Of a stretch of 32,000 nt of DNA, positions 22,203 through 32,000 are shown in pieces. The notes below the pieces were generated by a model. It ran no database searches. It saw only the letters and a list, made by a program, of their open reading frames with translations, and was not told where the DNA came from. Position numbers and translations under genes: made by a program. The stretch comes from Zygophlyctis sp. KS116 (lineage: Eukaryota; Fungi; Chytridiomycota), in the NCBI GenBank assembly GCA_054661495.1, contig BAAFSQ010000016.1:1-32000 (forward strand). The letters are read 5' to 3'. Positions within the stretch are counted from its first letter, which is position 1. Each line of letters opens with the position of its first letter.

Positions 22203-25011
22203 CTATAGTTTTTCATTTGGGTGAATATAAATCCAGTGTATGACTTCATTATTATCGTCAATTCTAATTGGCGAGATCCAAATAAACGAGAATATCCAAA
22301 CCAAAAATAGATTCATCAATGATATGAAAAATTCAAAAATGCCTTCGTCTTCATCATAAAATTGATCAAATTCTTTTCTCGTTTTTCCTTTATATTGTGG
22401 GTCATATCTCCAGTAAATTGTCTGGCGGCCCTTGTCATATCGATAAATCCCATCCGAAACTTCAATTACCACTTTAAAACCCTCGTAATGATAATTTGGA
22501 ATAAATATTTCCGTTATCATCCCCCATTCTATTCCATTAACATCATGTGTAGCAACCCGTCGAGAATCTGTCGTGAATTCAAAAAAAAATTGTAATTTTC
22601 TATAATTAAAATGCATGCTTTTAGGAAATCCACTAATCTTTGCGGCATCTAAAAATCAAGGGAATAGAACTTACAAGGTCTAATGACAGCATCTAGTGCC
22701 CGGCCTCCATGATGAACCTCGGGTTTGGCAGAGTCAAAAAATGCTGATACAATATCAAAATGAGTTTCTGGAGTCGGTAATATATCAATACTTCTCCTCC
22801 TTGAAACTTCAGGCCTTCCTCTAACTTTCTCTGGCAGATCAAGGAATTCAGAAACTGATTGAGATCGTTCTGCAAATCTATCCAATTGAACACTCAATTG
22901 TTTATCTTTCATTCTCACGAGTGCATCATTTAAGGATTGCGTTCGAATAGCTGGCTGTTCTGGAGAGAAAATCGAAAAATCCTCGCCATTCCAATGATCT
23001 CCATAAAAGTTGTCATTTATGGGATTATAATTCCATAAAGTAAAGTGCACAAGATTTGACTTTGATTTATCTATTACCATGCTTACCTCCATCGCACTAA
23101 TAACAGCATCTAAAAACAAGTTGTGCTTAGTGTAATCCCCCGTGCAGAAAGCCTAAAATTTTAAACTATATAAAAACCTTTTTTTCGTTTAAGTCCATTG
23201 GTATTCCACATTCTCCAAAAAGGCACGGTGTAGCCCCAACTAATTTAATTCCAGTCTGAGCAATATTTTTCACTTGACCTGAATAATTTCTTTTAGCTCC
23301 CCGAATCCCGAAATAGCTAGCAGTGATAACATTTTTCGTTCCCTTGCTAATTATTAATTTTTTCTTACTTTACTTAGTCCCTGGACATCATGTGTTACAA
23401 AGCCATCAAAAGACTTAGGGGTTAGAAACATCAACTATTACCTTTGAAAAAATGGCCTTCAAATCATACCAGTGCGGGGCGTAAACAAGACCTTTATTAT
23501 CAGTAGATCCGTTCCAATCTGGAGGATCACTACCAGGGACTGGCTCGAAGAATACAATATATGAACTCTTAACTTGTTTGATAGCATTCAAATATTTCTG
23601 AATAAATGGAAGATAGTGCTCTTGATTAAAGTTCACAGGAGTTCCATCCGCCTTTTTTGAAAAATAATCATCCTTCACATTTATAGGAGTAATACCATCT
23701 TCATCCAGATCCCAAACACCATGCTGTCTCCTTATTTGTGAGAATTTCATAATTAATACCAAATGCAACATTTTCCATCCAGCCAAGCTCTTGATCGAGA
23801 TGTATTAATTTCTACGTCCCTAATCTTTCGAGTTGGCCAAGGCCAAGATCTTTTATACACGGAAACTTTCTAACATTAATCAAATAATTATTAAACCTGT
23901 GGAACACCTTCCCCCATTAGAAACGATTGTAAAGCATTTGGAGAATCTCCTAGTCTTAATTCTTTCAATTCATTCCACGATTTCAACGATTCTAGTCCAA
24001 TATATCCTGGATGCGGTTCATTAATAGCTTCAAATCCCACCACTGCTTCTAAATGTTTAAGCCTCCTATATGCTAAGTTTAAAAATACAATTGCAAGCTA
24101 TAAACTGCTTACTCTTGTAAAAAATCTTACTCGGCCAAATGTTTAAAGCAGGCGATAAAATGCCGCTGCAAAAAATCCTGTACTGGTTCCCCAAAATATC
24201 TAGCCTTTGGAGCAAATGTATTTCCACCAAAAAAGACTGTAAACATGGTGGCTGCAGCTAATTTAGTATAATTTGTAGGCCAAATCATATTTAGGGTATC
24301 CTGATCAGTAGCAAACTGCTGCAAAAAGGCTGCTCCGGTTTCTTTAAATTTCTTAATATTCAGTCCGACAACCTCAAAAGTCCACCCAGGGGCTCCAGAT
24401 CCCCCAGAGTAACGACTCCACGTATCTTGATGAGGATCTAAAAATATAAAAGAAATAAATTACCTATAAAGCATTTTATACCATATAATGTTCCTATTTT
24501 TATAATTTGGATAAGATAAGATATATATTCTTCATCATAAATTCCAGGACCTCGATGTTCCAACGCCTCCCACGGAACCAATAGTCTGATAAACGTTAAC
24601 CCCCAAGCACGTAATCTAGAAAAATGCTCATGCGCTACATCTAAAGGAAATGGCCTTCCAACAAAACTAACATTTCTATGAAAATAAAATCCTAGATTCA
24701 AATGTGTAGAACCAGGCGGTGACGTTGGCAATTTCGAATTTCCGCAAATGTTTACACCTCTAAGCATACAGATCCGATTATATTCATCTAAAAAGTACTG
24801 ATCCTTGAGTATGATTGGCGATCTCCATTCATGAGCTCTTGGCCAACTCTTCACTATTGAATCAGAAGCTTCTGCAAAAAAATCTTCTTTTTCAGTCCCA
24901 TTCTTTGTAGGAGATGGACTTAAGTAAAAAGTTGGATCCCATCCTTTCCTTTGATACTCTATACCTGTAAATAATAAATGATAATTGATATATACTTAGT
25001 TTATTATTCAT
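22203..25011 (-). CDS. GH5 endoglycoceramidase-related steryl-beta-glucosidase (EGCrP/Egh1-like); introns 24965-24995, 24438-24463, 24066-24130, 23870-23896, 23731-23759, 23414-23441, 23343-23368, 23153-23177, 23060-23086, 22649-22674
   Basis: LRGVNI, SFVGRPFPL, WEALEH, DPHQDTWSRYSGGSGAPGW, NEPH (acid/base), GECGIP (nucleophile), DHWNGEDFS and GGRALDAVIRPY. Confidence 0.9.
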
Positions 25012-25045
25012 TTTTTTGCCGGATGATGTCATCGGACACCCAAAA

Positions 25046-25532
25046 CTATTCCGTATCAACCCAATTTGACGCCATCTAACTGTCAAAAATATGAACTACC
25101 TTTCCAATAACTGGAATCTTAAATCTAAACAAAGTATCGGCGTTTATAAATGAATGATATCCCAGGAATATGACCGATCCACATTCCAAAACAAACATCA
25201 CCCATACAAGAGACGATGAAAACAAGGAAAAAAGAAACTGCAATGCAAATAAAAGCAAAAAATAAACAGCAGACTGCCTAGTTATTAATAAAAATAGTAA
25301 ATTTGTACCAGGCATGAAAGCGGACATAATCATTTTTGGTTTCCAGAATCAAGAACAGGATCCCCGAGAAAACCATCCCAACATACACCAGAGCAGCTTC
25401 AATATCTAACCGTATCGGAAGCCTTGTTTCATACTTATTTATAGACTCATTAACATCAACTTGCGCTGAAGAATTGAATGAGGGAGGGGCCCGGGACGAT
25501 TCTTGAGACGGTAATGGCTCACCGGAATACAT
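25046..25532 (-). CDS. Small multi-pass membrane protein (DUF4870/Tic20-like fungal family); introns 25278-25308, 25076-25099
   Basis: LILETKNDYVRFHAWQS after splicing; a terminal mini-exon gives ...IGKMASNWVDTE*. Confidence 0.7.
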
Positions 25533-25581
25533 TTATGCTCCTAAACCTCTGTAACTCAGAAACGAATCAAAAGATTGTATT

Positions 25582-26051
25582 TTATTCAAGCTTTTTGGCA
25601 ACCTATTGTATTAGTAATGGATCGTTACCTGAAGAACAAAATATCCAATTGTAAACCAAAAAGTTACGATTGAAGCCAGTAATAATCCTCCCATTAAAAA
25701 CCAAAAAATAGAAAATGCGCCCAAAGCCAAAAACCCTCCCTGAGTAATTCCAGCAATGGCAGATGCTATTGTTAAAATTATAGAGCCAGTAATGAGTCCA
25801 TATCCAATGAATACAGCCAATGGTAAAGCACAGGATGCAGAAAGTGTGTATACAAACGCTTTCACTGGAGGATATTTATCCAAAAGTCCTTTGGCGAATA
25901 AAGCCAATGAAATCACGACATCTTTTGTTGAGACTGCGGTAGAGACGGCTGCATCTTTAGCAGAAGAAACATAAGGGACTAGTTTTTCTTGAGCTGCATT
26001 AGCATATGTTAATATTGTAGCTTCGGGTACATCGACTTTTCTTGGTGCCAT
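25582..26051 (-). CDS. Promethin/LDAF1 (TMEM159)-like lipid-droplet assembly factor; 26-nt intron 25603-25628
   Basis: KYPPV...SCALPLAVFIGY followed by a long uninterrupted hydrophobic double hairpin. Confidence 0.6.
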
Positions 26052-26135
26052 CTCTTGATAAAGGCAAACTTCCGAAGGCTACGCGAACATTGATCAAACA
26101 ATACGATTTATTTAAAAAACAAACTATAAATAACA

Positions 26136-29115
26136 TTATGACATCCTTTTGATTTCTTCATCTAATGCAATCACATCTTTCATTGTTTTCTTCTTTAATT
26201 TCACAATATCGGGAAGGTGACTGTGATCATCAGTATCATTATCGGACCTAATCAAATCAGACGTTTTTCTAACCAAAGTTTTTGAATCCTTTTTCGATGA
26301 TATCCTATGCTTCTGATCTTCTTTTTTGACTGTATCTTTCTCTCTGGATCCTTTTATTTGCATATTCTCATCTTCTCTTGATTTTTTTGACTCTTTTGAT
26401 TTAAGTAATTTAGATTTTGAAGCTATGCCATCATCCTCTGAAAATATTTGCTCTCTAGAATGCCCAGATGTATTTTTCTGGTCTCCATTTAAATCATCCT
26501 GATCAAGCTCACCAAAAGTATCATCATGATTATTTGGAGAATTTGGTTCAGTTTCTATTTCCCTTGTTGATTTTCTAATATTTTCATGATATTTCTGTTC
26601 TGTGCTAGATTCAGCGCTAGATTCTAACTCATCTCTATGACTTGAACGGATTTTTTGCGATGCTGTGTGGAAAGTTTCTGATTTTGGTTTTGATGTCTTT
26701 TCCTTTGTTTGATTCATAGAATTTGGGGCAATTTTATCAGAAAACTTTTTAGCCTTGAATTTAAGATCTGGGACTGGTTTATAGTCGAATCGTCCTGATA
26801 GCTCCCTTTTCATCGACGGTCTTTTTAAAGCAACTGAAGAGTGTCTATCCGTTGATCCCGATCTAGAAGCGACTGATGACCTAGATACAACAGATGCACG
26901 GGTAGAGGCAGATGTTGATCTAGATCTAGGACCAGCACGGCTTTCATTTCTCCCCCTTGAATTACTCCTGCTTATTGATCGAGAATTCTTCCATGTGTTC
27001 ACAACTTGTTTTGGTTCACCCAATCCAGGAGTGAATTTGATATTTTTCCGAAACTTTTCAAGCGCCGATTGATTTCCAGTATTTCTGCCAAAACTAGTTG
27101 ACTTTTGAGAGAAGGACTTGCTCGTGTAGTTTCTGTCGTACCCCCCTTCACTATTTTCTGCTATATATGTAGCTTCCTTGGAGCTGCTTTTATGTAAAAC
27201 ATTTATTTTGCCGTGTGAGCCTCTGGATATTTTCGTTAAGGATTCTAGATGTTTGCCTTGTGAAATATAATCTAAAAGATCTTGATATCTTGGATCAGAA
27301 GACAGAGAATTTTTAAGTAAATCATTCTCTTTCTTTAGAGTCATTATTTCCCTTTTGAGCATATATAGCATTTCTTCTCGGGGATCCAGATTGATTACAG
27401 GTTTATTCTTTATCTTTTTAGCAGATTGGGCATATCTAAGAGTTTTGACCGTCTCTGAAATATTCTGAAGTGCAGGTGATATACATGCAATCATCAAAGC
27501 CATCCCATTGCCACCTAAAGAATCAGCAAGGAGTTTTGTTAATTTAGAGTCCCGATAAGGTATGTGTCCTGTCCGTTTTCTCGGATCTGATAGGGCAGCT
27601 ATACATTTTCCTAGCCGATAAACAGTTCTAAAATACCTAAAGTCAACAAGCTCTTGTTAATATTGAGAGTCTCCGTCAGAGTATCTCCTTGTGCACGAGA
27701 TTCTTTTACTCTTTCCGATCCTGCAAGATCAACAAAACATATTTTTCCGTGTCGTTGAATGACACGCCCATCGCTGGAATCTGTAAACTCACTATCCAGA
27801 TGTATTGTCATGACAGAATGTGATCTTGATGAGTGTTCATTTAGTCTATGCGATGCAGTGGTTCTATTTTTCAACCCTTAATATTAATGTTTTTAAGATA
27901 CCTTCTTCTAAAATTGCTAGACAATCATCCAAAACGTCACAATCAATCACATACAAATTCTCAACAAAAAACCCCTTTTCAGCAGTCCACCTTATAGGGA
28001 GAGAGGGCCCTTTTGGATTTAAAAGATCATACACATTCTCGTTGTAAATTTCAAGAAAGGAAGATCTTGATGTAACCGGTCCAGTTGTTTCCCTTCCAAT
28101 TATTTCTTCAAAAAGGTATCTCAATGCTCGAGGAACAATTCCAACAGAAGTATGAGACATTTGATCTTCTGGCCCTGTTATAGTGAATGATTTTCCTGAT
28201 ATTAGTTTGAAATATAATCTCACCTGAGCCTGTTTGACCAAATGCAAAAATGCATATTGAATATCCCTCTATGGCCTGTGAAACTAATTCTTTGATTCCA
28301 CTCTGATTGAAAAACGTTTCTTGAGTTGAGTCTTGATCATAAACCCTGTTAAATGTGAGAGAACGGGAACTTCCATCCGGACCAGAAAGAAAAAGAGTTT
28401 GCCCATCATTAGCACAATCGATAATTTTCGAAAACCCGTTCCTAAGCTCTAAAGCATTCGGTGGCCGAACTCGTACTACAACATTAATGTTTCCAGATGT
28501 GGTGTCTATCATGCTACGGGAGTCATCAGCATCTTGCGAGAGACGATCAGCTGCAAATGGTTCGTCTTCATTTGGATTGGTTTGATAATTTGAGCTTTGG
28601 GTTACTCTTGTATCATTGCTATTTTCAACTGGATTAATAATTTCATTGGTAAATGCTTGAGGCGATTCAATCGGCGGAAGAGAAGTGATAGTAGATACTT
28701 TTGGAGACTTATTTTCTGGTTCTGGTGCTGTTTTCTGACTCGCAAACAACGAGAATTTACCCTTTGTCTTTGTTTTGCTTGCTTTCGGACTCTCGCTGAT
28801 CTGTTGTTGTTGCTGTTGTTGTTGCTGTTGCTGCTGCTGCTGCTGCTGCTGCTGTACGGGGTCGATCATTGGATATCCAGTTTGAGGATAACCTTGCTGA
28901 GGATATCCTTGCTGCGGATAACTTTGCTGAGGATAATATCCCACTTGATATTGTGCGACTTGATTTGGATCCATTGCCATTTGCTGGTATGGATCGGAAG
29001 CATACATTGTGTTTGGATCGACCTGATAGTACTGTTGCTGCATTTGATTTGGTGGAAATGATGGATTAGATGGGACAGCATTATTTTTATTTTTTGAAGC
29101 AATCGGCCTTGGCAT
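26136..29115 (-). CDS. Kinesin, KIF12/kinesin-16-like, with Q/P/Y-rich N-terminus and disordered tail; introns 28196-28223, 27877-27901, 27611-27636
   Basis: VVVRVRP, FGQTGSGKSFT (spliced), SSRSH, VDLAGSER and HIPYRDSKLT; LPIRWTAEKGFFVENL resembles KIF12. Confidence 0.85.
28801..28854 (-). repeat. CAG/CAA tract encoding Q18, next to YPQQG-like repeats (about 28875-28940)
   Basis: Seen directly; in frame in the kinesin N-terminus. Confidence 0.95.
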
Positions 29116-29194
29116 TTAAAATTATTAAATTTCCAAAATGATAAGATCTATAATGATACGGAGATTTGGCCTTCCTTGATCGGAAAATTGTAAA

Positions 29195-30290
29195 TCATTT
29201 GTCAACCATTCTGGTGTGACTTTCCAAAGTAATTGTTCCTCTTACAGCGTTAATAGCTTTTTTAAATGTCTTTTTCGCATTGAAATTCTTACGAACATTT
29301 GGAAGTACATCGAAATTGCTTGATGTCGACATCCATGCATGATCTAACGTGCCGGAAGTCGTTAACCTTTGTTCTGGATCAACTACTAATAACTCTGATA
29401 TAAAATGTTTTGCATCTTTACTAATTCCACTCCAATAATCCTCTGGAAAACTGTATTTACCTTTTTTAATCAGGGAAAAAAGAATAAAATTAGACACATC
29501 ATCTTCAGCGCTCATAAAAGGCATCATCCCAGAGAGTAAAATATAAGTGACTGTAATTAACTTTTAAGTAGAATTACTAACTCCCACACTCCACATATCA
29601 CAAGGAAAGCTATATCCAGTTTGATTAAGTACTTCTGGCGCTACATAATAAGGTGTACCGCATGTTGTAGTCAGAAGATCATTTTTGTCAGAGAATCTCG
29701 CTAATCCAAAATCCGTAATCTAAAAGGTTAATCAGATGCGCATTACCATGATTTCTGAATCATCAGACTGTGTTTTCAAAAGGATATTTTCAGGTTTTAG
29801 ATCCCTATGAATTATCCCCTCTTTATGCAAATAATCTAGAGCTAAAACAATTTGTCTAGTAATCCTGGCTGCATCTTTTTCATAAAAATGTCCTTGATTA
29901 AGCAAGGCAGTGAAAAGCTCTCCTCCATCAGCCATATCTGAGATCAAGTAAAAGAACCGCTTTGTCTCAATCAGATCTCTTAATACGCAAATATGGTTAT
30001 GATTCACCTTTTGCAAAACTTGGATTTCCGATCTAAATAGATTTTCACTGCCTATTGTATTAAAAATAGTATAAATTACTCTTAAACTTTAACCGATCAA
30101 TTATTTTACATGCAAGCTGAACATTATCGGATTTCCTAGTGACAATCTTTACAATCGCAAATGATCCAGTTCCCAATACATTTCCGATTTGGTATTTTTC
30201 TGTAAGAACATCATCAAGCTCTGTAGTATTAGATCTTTCGGAACTGGAAGATTTCTTAAACAAGGCAGATAATTTCTTCAAAAATTTCAT
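29195..30290 (-). CDS. CaMK1/Cmk-type Ser/Thr kinase; introns 30052-30079, 29720-29746, 29551-29577
   Basis: [44 protein letters not shown] and a CaM-binding-like [14 protein letters not shown]. Confidence 0.92.
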
Positions 30291-30313
30291 ATTTAGAGTA
30301 AACAAATATAATC

Positions 30314-31514
30314 TTAAAATAACTCTGAACATGATTTTTCAGATCCTGGAGTTTCTTCTTCTGGGGGCAAATGAAATGTTTCAATAGTAAACTTTTTACG
30401 CTGTACTTTAAATCCAAGAGACTTGAGATCTAATGGAGAAATACGTGAGTTTGGAGTTAACGAATGAAACCTTTGTAACCGTATCGGATGAATTAGACCA
30501 GTGTATTCCGAGACATATAATGGATTAATATCTCTAGGAGATCCTAAATATTAACAAAAAAACAAAACTTGCCAGAAAACGATTCAACTTCCAAGACAGA
30601 GTCGCATGCCCATTCCATTTTCCTAATTAGAGGATGAGAGGAAACATTATAAAAATCATTATATAAATATGCAGGAACTGTTATTAAAACAGCTGCATTA
30701 TAAGATCTAAGAATACTCTTTAAAGCATAAAGAAAATGAATGCAAGACTATAAAATCAGTACTTCAAATTTACCATTGTTTGATTACCATTTTGATGATA
30801 ATTTTCATTTGATAAATTCGTCAAATCTGGCCATAAACTTGATCCAAAAGAATCTATTCCTATTCTTAAAACAGATTTCGGAGAGTCTTTTTTAATTGAA
30901 CTTAAAGACTCTAATTCACTTTTTATGAGTTTTAACAAGTTTAAAAATATCCCTTCTTGACTCTGATTTTCAAGCACTGATTCATCCACAGTTTTCAGTA
31001 AATTGTCTTTATCTAATTTAGTTGTAAGATCAAAACTAGAACAATATAACTGATCTACTGGAGCATTTTGATAAAAATCACTAGATACTGATCCTAAATT
31101 TTGATATCTCCATGCTATTTTCATTTGATCATTCCTTAATTCTCCCAACTGCCTAGTCATTGGCTTTGATCTAATATTAATAGTATTTTTTGAATCATTC
31201 AAACACTGATTATTTTGACCAGATTTAGATTTTGAAAGACCCATTAACCCATCTTTAAAGAGATTTGGATCAGAGTCTAAAGAAACAATCATTCCTTGAT
31301 GCCCACAAACAACACCTTGAGCCATAAAGTATTTTAATATTAACGATGAGTAGTCTGACCAGCGATCTTGTTTGATCATTGTAATAGTCCCTAAAAAGAG
31401 TCCGCCTCCAAGTAGATCATCTAAACTTTGAATTCCAGAAGAGATCTGAGGATGCCGATTGATTTTAACTCCAGGCGGTGCAGAATATCCTGAGAATTGT
31501 CTAAATGAACTCAT
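30314..31514 (-). CDS. ELP4: Elongator subunit Elp4; introns 30748-30773 and GC-AG 30544-30572
   Basis: SSGIQSLDDLLGGGL, KYFMAQG, MKIAWRY, FDLT and FKVQRKKFTIETFHLPP. Confidence 0.92.
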
Positions 31515-31557
31515 AAAATTTACTTAAAATAGAAAACTCTCAGGACAACCTCTAAAA

Positions 31558-32000
31558 ATGTTTGGAAAATGGATCGTCTTGGAAGGGATATCAACTCCTT
31601 GTAAATCAATGGTTACTAGAAGAATTATAAAATCTTATCCTGGATGTATACAACACATTACTCTTGATCTATCAAAAGACTTGGTCTCAAATCTAGAAAA
31701 TATTCTAAAAATTAAGGAAAAGATCTCTAGTCTTTTATTAGAAAACATTTCAGTGATTTGCAATTCTTGGATTTCTTCAAGTTTGGCCATGGCATCGCAA
31801 CCCAAGTCCGATCATGAAATGCGTCTAGTCAATGAAATATTAAAGTCTTCTCGTCCAGACTTATCAGTTGCATTAGTGTCTTTAGGCTCTGAATATGAAA
31901 GAAAACTTTTAGGATCTGAACATATTGATTTAGTCTTGCTTTCAGACCAAGATGACGATGGAATTTCAAGATTAGTTTTAAATCATTTATTGCATCATGA
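31558..32000 (+). CDS. Thymidylate-kinase-fold protein with degenerate catalytic motifs; runs off the window (absent from the ORF track)
   Basis: Open frame MFGKWIVLEGISTPCKS...IKEKISSLLLENISVICNSWISSSLAM...RPDLSVAL follows the dTMP kinase order (IVLEGxDRxGKS/T, VVxDRY, PDL). Confidence 0.6.
   Translation, partial: MFGKWIVLEGISTPCKSMVTRRIIKSYPGCIQHITLDLSKDLVSNLENILKIKEKISSLLLENISVICNSWISSSLAMASQPKSDHEMRLVNEILKSSRPDLSVALVSLGSEYERKLLGSEHIDLVLLSDQDDDGISRLVLNHLLHH

Noticed and set aside
28597-29069. Antisense ORFs including a poly-Leu ORF
   Set aside because: These are shadows of the kinesin polyQ and low-complexity region.

Overview
This is eukaryotic, AT-rich nuclear DNA with the standard genetic code. 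It is most likely from a zoosporic (chytrid-like) fungus, inferred from fungal markers (Zn2Cys6 factor, GH5 EGCrP/Egh1-like glycosidase) occurring with genes typical of animals and ciliated organisms (KIF12-like kinesin, LST2, VMP1, cortactin N-terminus). I reconstructed by hand about 29 protein-coding genes in 32 kb (about 1.1 kb per gene) and 62 spliceosomal introns. Sixty introns are only 23-31 nt (one is GC-AG); the two outliers (65 and 68 nt) each look like two mini-introns around an 8-9 nt microexon. Intergenic DNA is nearly absent: one TAA-ATG zero-gap tandem junction, two convergent pairs with overlapping stop codons, one divergent pair with start codons 0-16 nt apart, and many 15-85 nt gaps carrying recurrent short motifs (AAGGYYA, TCGGA, CGCG). 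The most striking protein-level observations are a stand-alone 93-aa cortactin N-terminal acidic domain, an LST2 core without FYVE, and a catalytically degenerate thymidylate-kinase-like protein. The fragmented ORF track reflects introns, not pseudogenes. No rRNA, tRNA, CRISPR array or mobile element was recognised. All family calls come from recalled motifs; no database search was run.
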